From an uncultured Actinomycetes bacterium (lineage in GTDB: Bacteria > Actinomycetota > UBA4738 > JBBDTT01), in contig CAVUMN010000002.1 of the NCBI GenBank assembly GCA_963742735.1, positions 128,001 through 192,000 on the forward strand: 64,000 nucleotides of DNA. Reading direction: 5' to 3'. Shown here piece after piece: positions 51,392-60,577 of the stretch. Under the pieces are notes generated by a model that was given only the letters and a program-made list of their open reading frames with translations, did no database searches and was not told the origin of the DNA. The first letter of the stretch is position 1. The number at the start of each line of letters is the position of its first letter. The position numbers were made by a program, and so were the translations under genes.

Positions 51392-52419
51392 GCCTCGAGC
51401 TCCGCGAGCATGAGCGGAAAGACCTCACCCGAGGCGTTCTTGCCCATGAGGACGTCGAGGTGTCCGTACTTCGGCAGCTCGTACAGCTTGTGGTAGTCGG
51501 GGCGCTGCTCGTCGAACCACCGGAAGGTCCGCTCCTGGCTCTCCGGCAGGAAGCAGAGATTCTGGCGGCCGGCGAAGAAGGCGAACCGGGCGTCCGTCTT
51601 GGGCGGCGCCGCGACGAAGTCGGCCGGAAGCTGACCCTGCCCGTCGAGTGACACCAGGTGCCCCACATCGACGCATCGCGCCATCTGGTTGAAGAACGAG
51701 AAGGGGACCGGGCCGAACTCGTGCTTCAGCCACTCGTGCGTGTTCTCGTTCAAGTTGGAGTGCCGCCAGAGTGCGGGACGGCCGGCGCCGTACGTGAAGC
51801 TGACCATCCGGCAGACGGTGTTGTTGCACTCCGCGTGGATCATGCGAACGGCCAGGGTGATGGCCTTCGCGAGCGGCGTCGGAGCGTCCTCGCCCCAATG
51901 CGGATCGAGGTAGGGCGTCAGCCTCGAGAGGATGGGTGCCAGCCGCTGCATCTTGAACTTCGAGACCGGTGGGATCACCGTGTGCAGCGAGACGGCGTTG
52001 GCGACGATCGTCTTCACCTCGGGCACCAGGCCGGCGACCGCCGACATCATGAAGCTGGTGGAGCCCTGGCAGTGGATCACGGCCTTCAGCTCGTCCGTCC
52101 CCGTCTCCTCGACCACCTTTTGCACGGCGGCAGGGTGGTCGTACAGGGCGGCCTGATCGAGGTCCCACTCGTTCGGGGCGAGATCAATGCTCGCCCGCCA
52201 GTTCTCCAGCCAGACGTCGTGCCCGGCCTCGATCAGCGCGTCGACCAGCGTCGTCTCGATGGGCGCGCGGAACAGGTTCGCGCGGACGCCGGCGCCGTGG
52301 ACCAGGATCACGGGGCCCTTCGTCGGCGTGCGCTCCCCGCGGACGTTGATCAGGTTGCATTCGAGCCCATCGCCCGCGGTGAACGGGACGACTCGATCTT
52401 CGTGGCGGGTCGAGGGCAT
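51388..52419 (-). CDS. Alpha/beta-fold hydrolase
   Basis: VILVHGAG, DVWLENWR, IHCQGS nucleophile elbow, YGHLD. Confidence 0.8.
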   Translation of the reverse strand: MPSTRHEDRVVPFTAGDGLECNLINVRGERTPTKGPVILVHGAGVRANLFRAPIETTLVDALIEAGHDVWLENWRASIDLAPNEWDLDQAALYDHPAAVQKVVEETGTDELKAVIHCQGSTSFMMSAVAGLVPEVKTIVANAVSLHTVIPPVSKFKMQRLAPILSRLTPYLDPHWGEDAPTPLAKAITLAVRMIHAECNNTVCRMVSFTYGAGRPALWRHSNLNENTHEWLKHEFGPVPFSFFNQMARCVDVGHLVSLDGQGQLPADFVAAPPKTDARFAFFAGRQNLCFLPESQERTFRWFDEQRPDYHKLYELPKYGHLDVLMGKNASGEVFPLMLAELEA

Positions 52420-52453
52420 CGGCTTGCGAACGCTCCTAGGGGCCGGAGCCCGG

Positions 52454-52879
52454 TTAGGCGAGCTCGCGAAGACGCGCGAGGACGTTGCCGCGGTGCTCGC
52501 GGTGCTCGTCGGGCGACATCGCCGCGAGCTGGCGCACCGTCTGGGTGAGCTCGTCCAGCGAGAAGGGCTTGCCGATGTGCGCCGAGGCGCCGGCCAGCCA
52601 TCCGTCCAGGCGGTCGCTCGAGGTCTGCTTCGCGGTCAGCATCACGACCGGGATGTGCGCGGTCAGCGCGTTGTCCTTGAGCTCGCGCAGCGCCGTGAGG
52701 CCGTCCATCACCGGCAGCATCCAGTCGAGCACGATGACGTCGGGCTGTTCGGTGATCGCGATCTCGATGCCGTGCGGGGCGTCGGACGCGGTGAACGCCT
52801 CCATCCCCTCGAACCCGAGGTTCAGCTGGCAGAGCTGCAGGATCGAAGGCTCATCGTCGACGACGAGTACGCGGGTCAC
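52454..52879 (-). CDS. Stand-alone response regulator receiver
   Basis: VLVVDDE, LDWMLP.MDG, MLTA, KPF. Confidence 0.9.
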   Translation of the reverse strand: MTRVLVVDDEPSILQLCQLNLGFEGMEAFTASDAPHGIEIAITEQPDVIVLDWMLPVMDGLTALRELKDNALTAHIPVVMLTAKQTSSDRLDGWLAGASAHIGKPFSLDELTQTVRQLAAMSPDEHREHRGNVLARLRELA

Positions 52880-52891
52880 GGGCGTTCCCTT

Positions 52892-53332
52892 CTATGAGGC
52901 CGCGAGCTCGCGGACACGCTCCAGCATGTCCGCGCGGTACGTGCGGCGTTCCTCGGGCGTCATGGTGGCGATCTTGCGAACCGTGTTGGTCAGGTGATCG
53001 ACCGCGAACGGCTTGTCGATGTGGGCGTAGGCACCGGCGATCCACGACTCCAACCGGTCCTTGGGCATCGCCCGCGCGGTGAGCATCACCACGGGGATCT
53101 GCGAGGTCTCGACGCGCCGGCCGAGCTCTCGAAGCACGGAGAGGCCGTCCATGAACGGCATCATCCGGTCGAGGATGATGATGTCGGGGCGCTCGGTGAC
53201 CGCCTTCTCGATGCCCTCTTCGCCGTCGGCCGCCTCGAGAACCTCGAATCCCTCGAAGGTCAGGTCGTACCGGCAGAGCATCCGGATCGGGTCGTCGTCA
53301 TCGATCACCAGGACTCGCAGGCTCTGTCCCAT
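52892..53332 (-). CDS. Stand-alone response regulator receiver (tandem paralogue)
   Basis: VLVIDDD, LDRMMP.MDG, MLTA, KPF. Confidence 0.9.
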   Translation of the reverse strand: MGQSLRVLVIDDDDPIRMLCRYDLTFEGFEVLEAADGEEGIEKAVTERPDIIILDRMMPFMDGLSVLRELGRRVETSQIPVVMLTARAMPKDRLESWIAGAYAHIDKPFAVDHLTNTVRKIATMTPEERRTYRADMLERVRELAAS

Positions 53333-53429
53333 GCACAGAAGAATGGGGTCGAGCGGCGTGTCTGAGTAGAGCTAATACGGACCATTTCCGTATGGTTCGG
53401 CCGAACTAGGTGCTTCTCCGCAAAGTTGC

Positions 53430-54023
53430 TTAGACGGGAAACATCGGGCCGTTGCAGTACGTGGAGCTCGCCGCGGACCAGTACACGGAGATCCGGGTGT
53501 CGGTGACGCCGTCGGCGCACTGGTAGCCGAAGTCACCGGAGCTGGCCGAGTCCAGCACGGGCGCGCCGCCGTCGACGATGTCGCTCCCGGTGCCGTCGTA
53601 GAGCGAGTCCTCGCCGTCCTCGCCGGAGAACTGGTCGTTGCCGGAGGCGCCGATCAGCGTGTCCCTGCCGCCGCTGCCGTACAGGAGGTCGGCCCCGGCC
53701 TCGCCGTAGAGCACGTCGTCCTCGGGAGAGTTCCCTCGCAGCGAGTCGTTGCCGTAGCCGCCGTACAGGCGGTCCTCACCCGAGCCCCCACAGATGTAGT
53801 CGTTGCCGCCGCCGCCCTCGATCACGTCGTCGCCGCCCCCGCCGTGGATCACGTCGGAGCCCTCGGTGCCCTTGATGAGCTCGCCGCTGGCCCCGCCGGA
53901 GCGCGTCACCGTCCGCCCGAAGCAGGTCGAGGGCGTCTGGGCCCCGACCGGGGCGGGGATCGCCAGCATCGCCAGCACGGCGATGAGCAGCAGGGCGATG
54001 ACGAGCGGGCGGCGGGCAGGCAT
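53430..54023 (-). CDS. Secreted RTX-type calcium-binding protein
   Basis: Signal peptide and multiple GGxGxDxLxG nonapeptides. Confidence 0.85.
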   Translation of the reverse strand: MPARRPLVIALLLIAVLAMLAIPAPVGAQTPSTCFGRTVTRSGGASGELIKGTEGSDVIHGGGGDDVIEGGGGNDYICGGSGEDRLYGGYGNDSLRGNSPEDDVLYGEAGADLLYGSGGRDTLIGASGNDQFSGEDGEDSLYDGTGSDIVDGGAPVLDSASSGDFGYQCADGVTDTRISVYWSAASSTYCNGPMFPV

Positions 54024-54124
54024 CACGTGTCCATTTCGCCCATTCCAAGTCACTCTCCTGCGTGTGTGACCGGGATCACCCTCTAGTGAATCTGCGGGTC
54101 CCCCGTCCGGGGGAGAATCGGGGC

Positions 54125-54991
54125 ATGGACGCCGGGCGCGAGATCGACAAGCTCTACGACCTGGAGCCCGAGGGCTTCGTGACCGCCCGCGACGCGCTGG
54201 CCAAGAAGCTCCGCGACGCAGGCCGGGCCGACGACGCCGCCGAGGTCCGGGCCCTGCGCCGGCCGACCGTCGCCGCCTGGGCCCTCAACCGTCTGGCCCG
54301 CGAGCAGGAGAAGCAGCTGGCCGAGCTGTTCGAGGTGGCCCGCGACCTGCGCGTCGCCCAGCGCGGAGCCCTGTCGGGACTGAAGGGCGGCCCGCTGCGG
54401 GAGGCCGCCAAGCGCCGCCGGTCGGTGGTCGATCGTCTCGCCGACGCGGCCGAGGACATCCTGGAGGCCTCCGGCCGCTCGGGATCGCATCGCGAAGCCA
54501 TCACGCGAACCCTGGAGTCCGCGATCGGCGACGACGAGGCCGCGGAGGCGCTGCGCACCGGTCGCCTCGAGAAGGAGATCGACCGTCCGCCCGGGTTCGG
54601 CGACCTGACCGGCCTCGCGCCGGTGCCGACCGGCAAGGACGCCGGCGCCCGTAACGCGAAACCGGCAAAGGCCGCCGCGAAGGAGGACCCCCGCGCCCGG
54701 CGGATTCGGACCCAGCGCGACGAGGCCGCCGACGACGCCCGCCGCGCCTCACGAGAGGCGGTCGCCGCGGGGGAGCGCGCGGTCCGGGCCGAGAAAGAGG
54801 CCGAGGCCGCCGCGCGCGCGATCGAGGGCCTCGAGCGCGACCTTCGCGCCGCCCGCCGCCGCGAGCGCGAGGCGGTGGAGGCCGCGCGGGACGCTACGGC
54901 CGGGGTGAAGAAGTCCGAGGCCGCCGCGGAGCGGGCCAGGACCCGGGTCGAGGACCTCCAGGCCCGCCTCGAGAAGCTGATCCGGGGCTAG
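54125..54991 (+). CDS. Conserved actinobacterial hypothetical coiled-coil protein
   Basis: LYDLEPEGFVTARD..LRRPTVAAWALN; C-terminal coiled coil. Confidence 0.7.
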   Translation: MDAGREIDKLYDLEPEGFVTARDALAKKLRDAGRADDAAEVRALRRPTVAAWALNRLAREQEKQLAELFEVARDLRVAQRGALSGLKGGPLREAAKRRRSVVDRLADAAEDILEASGRSGSHREAITRTLESAIGDDEAAEALRTGRLEKEIDRPPGFGDLTGLAPVPTGKDAGARNAKPAKAAAKEDPRARRIRTQRDEAADDARRASREAVAAGERAVRAEKEAEAAARAIEGLERDLRAARRREREAVEAARDATAGVKKSEAAAERARTRVEDLQARLEKLIRG

Positions 54992-56040
54992 CTCTTCCTC
55001 GGATCCTGGTCGGCGATGACCAGCAGCCGGTCGCCGTCCTGGATGCTTCGGTCGCTCGGGGGGTTGATCTCGTAGTCGACCTCGCCGCGAGTCAGCGCGA
55101 CCAGGATGCAGTTTCGTTCGGCCTTGAGCCAGGTCAGCGCGCTGGTGAACGTCATGCCGCACACGGCCATCGGGGGGGCGATCTCGTAAAACTCGGTGCC
55201 CCCGGGGTGCGTCAGAAGGTCGGTCACGGCATGGCTGATCCCGTGGTTGATCGCCGACGAGGCCAGCAGCGCTCCGGTCAGCTCCGCGCTGACGACCATC
55301 TCGTCCGCCTTCGCCCGCTGGAAGTGCTGGCGGTTCTGAGACTTGATGACCTCGACGCAGGTGTGCACGTCGGGATTGATCGACTCCACCGCCAGGGTGG
55401 CCAGGAGCGTTTTGGCGTCCATCTCGTCGGCGTCGAGGGCGGGGTTGGTCTCGTCGGCCAGGATGATGGCGGTGTCGGCCCGCTCGATGCCGGCCCGGTG
55501 CAGGTCGTCGGCGTTCGACGGGTTCCCGCGGATGAACGTCGTCAACGGGTCGGCGCTCGGGGTGACCTCCAGGTTCGCCAGGATCACCACCGCGCGCTTG
55601 TCCTCGACCTCCTCGGCGTGGAGCTCTCGCAGGATCTCTGCCCCCTTCGAGCTCCACCCGCAGATCACGATGTGCCCGCTCGCGCTCGACTCGCCCATGC
55701 CCATGTCCTTCCGTCGGATGATCTCGATGAGCTTCGTGGCCACCGCGCCGGTGGCCAGGGCCACGATCCCGACGCCGGTGATGACGACCACGTAGAAGAG
55801 GAACCGCCCGACCCCGGTCTCCACCTCGAACGCCGGCTCACCCTGCAGCAGCGTCTGCGTCACCCACCGGAACGCCTCCCAGATGTCCGGGCTGTCCTCG
55901 AAGATGTAGAAGACGACGGCGCACACCACCAGGAGCGCGACGGAGATGAGGATGCCGAGCACCAGGCCGCGCTGGAGCGAGCCGGCCGCGATCAGCCGAA
56001 GCCGTTGCATCGCTCGCATGCGGTGGTGCCGTGCGGCCAT
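54988..56040 (-). CDS. Two-TM ion channel with RCK/TrkA domains (MthK-like)
   Basis: Two TM helices with a pore segment, GHIVICGW, FIRGN, AGIERADTAII, INPP..IQDGDRLLVI. Confidence 0.8.
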   Translation of the reverse strand: MAARHHRMRAMQRLRLIAAGSLQRGLVLGILISVALLVVCAVVFYIFEDSPDIWEAFRWVTQTLLQGEPAFEVETGVGRFLFYVVVITGVGIVALATGAVATKLIEIIRRKDMGMGESSASGHIVICGWSSKGAEILRELHAEEVEDKRAVVILANLEVTPSADPLTTFIRGNPSNADDLHRAGIERADTAIILADETNPALDADEMDAKTLLATLAVESINPDVHTCVEVIKSQNRQHFQRAKADEMVVSAELTGALLASSAINHGISHAVTDLLTHPGGTEFYEIAPPMAVCGMTFTSALTWLKAERNCILVALTRGEVDYEINPPSDRSIQDGDRLLVIADQDPRKS

Positions 56041-56117
56041 GGCGTGCCTCCGTCGGGGTCGGGGCGCATGCTAGTGGGAAGCGTCACGGGACGGCGAGCG
56101 TTGGAGGGAAGGTGCGA

Positions 56118-56864
56118 GTGATCCGGCGGGCCAAGGAGATCTACCGAAAGCAGGGCGGGTGGTTCGACGCCCGCTGGCACTTCTCGTTCGACGATTACCG
56201 CGACCCCGAGTGGATGCAGCTCGGCGCGCTGCGCGTGTTCAACGACGACCGCCTGGTCCCCGGCGCGATCTGGCCCATGCATCCCCACCGCGACATCGAG
56301 GGCCTGACCTACGTCCCCGAGGGCACGTTCCGCCACGAGGACGACATCGGAACCGGTGGCGTGCTGCCCGAAGGATCGGTGCAGCGCATGACCCTCGGCC
56401 GCGGCGCGTGGCACTCCGAGCAGAACGCCTCGGAGACCGAGCCGCTGCGGTTCATACAGATGTGGATCCTGCCGGACGGGGGCGGGCTCGAGCCGAGCTG
56501 CGAGCAGCGGGCGTGGTCGAAGGCCGACCACGCCGACCGGCTCCACCGGGTCATGGCCCCCGAGGGCTCCGGCGACCCCGACGCGGTGAGCATCCACCAG
56601 GACGCCTCGGTCTACGTCGGCGTGCTCTCGCCCGGCGTCGAGGTCTCCCACGAGTTCTCCGGCCCTCGCCGGGGCGGCTACCTGTACCTGATCGACGGCC
56701 GCGCGACCGTCGACGGCGCCGAGCTGTCCACCGGCGACGCCATCAGGTTCGAGGGGGAGACCGGGTTCTCGCTGCGCGCCGAGGACGCGGCCGAGGTGAT
56801 CCTGGTCGACGTCCCTCTCGACTTCGAGCTGGTGGGCGTATGGGCGCGGATGCGGGGGGGCTGA
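56118..56864 (+). CDS. Pirin family protein
   Basis: HFSF, LRVFNDD, HPHRDIE, H.D, GAWHSE.N, QMWI. Confidence 0.9.
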   Translation: MIRRAKEIYRKQGGWFDARWHFSFDDYRDPEWMQLGALRVFNDDRLVPGAIWPMHPHRDIEGLTYVPEGTFRHEDDIGTGGVLPEGSVQRMTLGRGAWHSEQNASETEPLRFIQMWILPDGGGLEPSCEQRAWSKADHADRLHRVMAPEGSGDPDAVSIHQDASVYVGVLSPGVEVSHEFSGPRRGGYLYLIDGRATVDGAELSTGDAIRFEGETGFSLRAEDAAEVILVDVPLDFELVGVWARMRGG

Positions 56865-56889
56865 ACGCGTAATTCCACCCTTGTGGGTT

Positions 56890-56905
56890 TCGAACAGACG
56901 TTCTA
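56890..56905. promoter_or_regulatory. LexA (SOS) box
   Basis: TCGAAC-AGAC-GTTCTA, 13 bp before the radical SAM gene start. Confidence 0.8.
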
Positions 56906-56918
56906 GTCTTGTCGGTCC

Positions 56919-57914
56919 GTGGACCGCGAGCCGCTCTTCGAGCTGAGGCGTACGACCCTCGACACTCCGGAGTTCCGGGGCATCGAGTTCATCGAGGCCG
57001 AGTGCAAGACGATCATCAACCACGTCCCCGGCAAGTTCCTCCCGTTCAGCTGGACCATCAACCCGTACCGAGGCTGCAGCCATGCCTGTGTCTACTGCTT
57101 CGCTCGCGTCACCCATACCTACATGGACATGGACGCGGGCCGGGACTTCGAATCGAAGATCGTCGTGAAGGTCAACGGGCCGCAGGTCCTGCGGCGTCAG
57201 CTCGCGGCGAAGCGGTGGAAGGGCGAGCACATCGCCATGGGCACGGCGACCGATCCGTACCAGCGCGCCGAGGGCCGCTACAAGCTGATGCCGCAGATCA
57301 TCGAGGCGCTCAAGGATTACCGGAACCCGTTCTCCATCCTCACCAAGGGAACCCTGATCCTGCGGGACCTGGACCTGCTGGTCGAGGCGGCGAAGGTCTC
57401 CGAGGTCTCGACCGCGTTCTCCATCGGCACCCTCGACGAGGCCGCGTGGAAGGCCAGCGAGCCGGGTACGCCGCATCCCCGCAAACGCCTGGAGGCGGTG
57501 GCCGCGCTGAACCAGGCCGGCATCCCGTGCGGGGTGTTGATCGCGCCGATCCTGCCCGGCATCACCGATTCGCCCGAGCAGCTGCGCGAGGTCGTGGAGG
57601 GCTGTATCGGGGCCGGCGCCACCCACGCGTCGCCGATCCTGCTCCACCTGCGCCCGGGAATCCGCGAGGAGTACATGCCGTGGCTGGCCGAGCACTACCC
57701 GGATCTGGTCCCGCGCTACGAATCGATGTACACGGCCCGCTCGGGCTACGCGGCGAAGGCCGAACAGCGGGAGCTGGGGGATCGGGTTCACGCGATCGTG
57801 CGCGAGGCCGGCGGGTTCCGGCCCCCGCCCGCGGCCCTCGCCGCGCGGTTCCGCCGGGGGGAGAACGGTCGCCGAACCGCGCCCAAGCCGCCCGAGCAAC
57901 TGTCGCTCCTGTAG
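56919..57914 (+). CDS. Rv2578c-family (SplB-like) DNA-repair radical SAM protein
   Basis: INPYRGCSHACVYCFAR, TDPYQRAE, PILPGITD. Confidence 0.9.
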   Translation: MDREPLFELRRTTLDTPEFRGIEFIEAECKTIINHVPGKFLPFSWTINPYRGCSHACVYCFARVTHTYMDMDAGRDFESKIVVKVNGPQVLRRQLAAKRWKGEHIAMGTATDPYQRAEGRYKLMPQIIEALKDYRNPFSILTKGTLILRDLDLLVEAAKVSEVSTAFSIGTLDEAAWKASEPGTPHPRKRLEAVAALNQAGIPCGVLIAPILPGITDSPEQLREVVEGCIGAGATHASPILLHLRPGIREEYMPWLAEHYPDLVPRYESMYTARSGYAAKAEQRELGDRVHAIVREAGGFRPPPAALAARFRRGENGRRTAPKPPEQLSLL

Positions 57915-57930
57915 CGGTACCCTCCGGCGC

Positions 57931-58007
57931 GGGGCGGTAGCTCAGTTGGTCAGAGCAGCGGACTCATAATCCGTCGGTCGGTGGTTCGAGTCCACCCCGC
58001 CCCACCA
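57931..58007 (+). tRNA. tRNA with CAT anticodon (probably Ile2, otherwise elongator Met)
   Basis: GGGGCGG/CCGCCCC acceptor stem, CTCATAA loop, encoded CCA. Confidence 0.9.
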
Positions 58008-58012
58008 GCGCC

Positions 58013-58362
58013 TGTCGTGTTCCGGGTGATGCTGGACGTTCCGGCGTCACCTGATCCTGGACACGGCTTCGGCTGATCCTTGACACCTGTTTCGGGTGAT
58101 CCTTGACGGTGGCTTCGGCTGATGCTTGACGTCGCGCCGCAGTGGTTTCTCCTTGTTGGAGTCGACGAGGAGGAGGTACGGCGGTGCTGGTGGAGCTCAG
58201 CGTCATGGAGCAGCGGTACCAGGCGGTCCTGGCGGTGGTCCAGGATGGATGGACGGTCGTGGAGGTCGCTCGACGCCTCGGTGTCTCGAGGCAGAGCGTC
58301 CACGCTTGGATCGCCCGCTATCAGCCGACTACAAAGCGTCAAGCATCAGGTGGCACTTGACA
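58013..58362 (+). mobile_element. Internally deleted IS481-family element
   Basis: TGT...ACA ends with imperfect TIRs; truncated transposase HTH (MLVELSVMEQRYQAV..ARRLGVSRQSVHAWIARY, from 58184); 15-bp flanking direct repeat. Confidence 0.85.
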
Positions 58363-58470
58363 CGCCCCACCAGCGCCTTCGTCGTTGCGTATTGTGCGTC
58401 CGTTTTGACCGAACCCGGCAAGGGTACCGATCCTGCGGCGCCCCTGTGCCGTGCAGAGGTTGGAGGCGTC

Positions 58471-58881
58471 ATCGATATCGCCCGCTCGTTCCGGGCTCAC
58501 CCCGCCTCCTTGCATGCCGTACGCGAGTTCGTTCGCGAACAGGCCTTCTTCGCCGACGTCGGACCCATCGCCGACGACTTGATCCTGGCGGCCTCCGAGG
58601 CCGCGGCGAACTGCATCGTGCATTCCAACACCGACGTCATCGAGGTTCGCGTCCGCGCCGACGCGGATACGGTCGAGGTCGAGGTCGCCGACCGCGGCGT
58701 CTTCAAGCGGCGCGTGCCGGCGGCCATCGACGAGGGCGGCCGGGGGATCTTCATGATGATGGCGCTGATGGACGAGGTGGGCATCCGTCAGGGGAGCACG
58801 AACGACCCCGGGACCGTGGTGACGCTACGAAAGCGCTCGGGCCGTCAGCTGGCCCGGACCTCGCGCTCCGCCAGCGCCTGA
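58471..58881 (+). CDS. RsbW-like anti-sigma factor (HATPase_c_2)
   Basis: LAASEAAANCIVH, VADRG, GGRGIFMM..LMDEV, GTVVTL; start uncertain. Confidence 0.8.
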   Translation: MDIARSFRAHPASLHAVREFVREQAFFADVGPIADDLILAASEAAANCIVHSNTDVIEVRVRADADTVEVEVADRGVFKRRVPAAIDEGGRGIFMMMALMDEVGIRQGSTNDPGTVVTLRKRSGRQLARTSRSASA

Positions 58882-59237
58882 TCCTTCACGCAGAACCTGG
58901 CCGCGGGCAGGGTCCCGAGCCGGGCCGCGGGGATCGCCCGGTGGCAGGCCTCGCACCGTCCGTACGTCTTGTCCCTCACTCGCTCCAGGGCCCGCTCGAC
59001 GTCGAGCAGGTCCGCCTCGACGCTGGTGAGGATCGAGTACGTCTTGGTCTGCTCGAACTGCTCGGTCCCCATGTCGGCCGGATGCAGGCCGTTCATGGAG
59101 AGCTCGGCCGGCACCTCTCGAAGCTCGCCGTCGTCGCCGGGCGTCTCGTTGACCATGTCCGAGCGCATCGCGTCGCGCATCGCGATCAGGCGGGCGCGCT
59201 CCTGCTTCAGGCGCTGCCGTACGTGCTTGAGGTCCAT
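58845..59237 (-). CDS. DksA/TraR C4 zinc-finger protein
   Basis: HPADMGT coiled-coil tip, YGRCEAC..I...RL..LP.ARFCVKD. Confidence 0.85.
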   Translation of the reverse strand: MDLKHVRQRLKQERARLIAMRDAMRSDMVNETPGDDGELREVPAELSMNGLHPADMGTEQFEQTKTYSILTSVEADLLDVERALERVRDKTYGRCEACHRAIPAARLGTLPAARFCVKDQALAEREVRAS

Positions 59238-59305
59238 GTCGGCTCCCGTCGGCTCGGGGGTGCGGTGCCGCTTCATACCCACCCCCGGCCGGGGGCAACC
59301 GTCGC

Positions 59306-60097
59306 CTAGCGGCCGTTGAACCGAGGCTTGCGCTTCTCCATGAACGCCGCGACCGCCTCGCGATGGTCCTCGCTCTCCACGCACATCGTCTGGGCGTGGG
59401 CGGCCTGCTCGAACTCGGCCTCGATGGTCTGGTCGAACGCCCGGTCGATCAGGCTCTTCGACAGGCTCACCGGGATCGGCGGGGCGGCCAGAAGCTCCCG
59501 GGAAAACGCCTCGGCCTCCTTGGCCAGGGTGTCGGCCGAGACCACCCGGTTGGCCAGACCGATGCGCTCGGCCTCCTCGGCGTTGATGGGCCGTCCCGTC
59601 CACACGAGCTCCTTGGCCCGCGCCGGCCCCACCAGCCGCGTCAGGCGGTGGTTCCCGCCCAGGTCTGGGACCAGGCTGAACTTGATCTCGAACATCCCCA
59701 TGGTCACGTCGTCGGCCGCGACACGCAGGTCGCACGCCAGCGCGACCTGGAACCCGGCGCCGACCGCGTGGCCCTGTACCGCGGCGACGGTCGGCTTGTC
59801 CATGGTCGCCAGCACGTGGAAGCCCTTCTGCGCTCCGCGCACCCACGTCCGGAAGCGCGCGCCGCGCGAGCCGGCGAGCTGGCCCATCAGGTTCACGTCG
59901 ATCCCCGCGCAGAACGAGGACCCCTCGCCGCGAACGAGCACCACCCGGACGCCCGGGTCCGCCGCCGCGCGCTCCGCCGCCTCGCCCAGGTCGGTGAACA
60001 TCTGCGCGTTCATGGCGTTGCGCTTGTCCGGGCGGTTGAGCGTGATCGTCGCCAGCCCGTCGTGGATGTCGTAGCGAAGCGTCTCGAACTCGGACAC
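59306..60097 (-). CDS. Enoyl-CoA hydratase/isomerase
   Basis: LNRPDKRNA, FCAGID, AVGAG..ALACDLR, PDLGG. Confidence 0.9.
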   Translation of the reverse strand: MSEFETLRYDIHDGLATITLNRPDKRNAMNAQMFTDLGEAAERAAADPGVRVVLVRGEGSSFCAGIDVNLMGQLAGSRGARFRTWVRGAQKGFHVLATMDKPTVAAVQGHAVGAGFQVALACDLRVAADDVTMGMFEIKFSLVPDLGGNHRLTRLVGPARAKELVWTGRPINAEEAERIGLANRVVSADTLAKEAEAFSRELLAAPPIPVSLSKSLIDRAFDQTIEAEFEQAAHAQTMCVESEDHREAVAAFMEKRKPRFNGR

Positions 60098-60168
60098 GGG
60101 TCTCCTCCTCGAAGTCGAGCTTCATCGTCCCACCGGGCCGGGGCGGGGACAAACGCTATCCTCGCCCG

Positions 60169-60423
60169 ATGCAACGGGCCGCCTGCCACCTGTGCGGCCG
60201 GCCGACCTACGACCCGGACAAGCGGGAGCGGCCCTGGGCCCGCGCGGTGAGCGGGGGGCGCGTGGCCCTGGTGTGTCCCACGTGCCAGGCGGATCGGCCG
60301 GACTGGACGTCGTCGGTCGATCGGTGCTCGAGCTGCGGGAGCCACCGGCTGTCGCTGACCCTCGGCGACGTGGTGTGCCGGCAGTGCGGCGCGGTCTCCA
60401 CCCTCGAGGCACGGGCCGAGTAG
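60169..60423 (+). CDS. Small multi-CxxC zinc-finger protein
   Basis: CHLC, CPTC, CSSC, CRQC in 84 aa. Confidence 0.7.
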   Translation: MQRAACHLCGRPTYDPDKRERPWARAVSGGRVALVCPTCQADRPDWTSSVDRCSSCGSHRLSLTLGDVVCRQCGAVSTLEARAE

Positions 60424-60435
60424 CCTCTAGCTCCC

Positions 60436-60507
60436 GGGCGCTTAGCTCAGCGGGAGAGCGCCGCCCTTACAAGGCGGAGGTCGGTGGTTCGATACCACCA
60501 GCGCCCA
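60436..60507 (+). tRNA. tRNA-Val (TAC)
   Basis: GGGCGCT/AGCGCCC acceptor stem, CTTACAA loop, GGTTCGATA T-arm. Confidence 0.95.
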
Positions 60508-60518
60508 CGAAGATCCCG

Positions 60519-60564
60519 GTTGACACTGCCATTCGGAACGTTCTAACATTTCAGAACGTTCGGA
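60519..60564 (+). promoter_or_regulatory. Promoter with tandem palindromic operators
   Basis: TTGACA at 60519; TTCGGAACGTTCTAA and TTCAGAACGTTCGGA (GAACGTTC cores) upstream of the GbsR/MarR gene. Confidence 0.7.
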
Positions 60565-60577
60565 TGGAGGTGCGTAC

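Noticed and set aside
58020-58135. Periodic 23-bp repeats as a mini-CRISPR array
   Set aside because: Repeat units are ~11 bp with ~12-bp gaps, lie inside IS ends and have no cas genes; they fit transposase-binding sites
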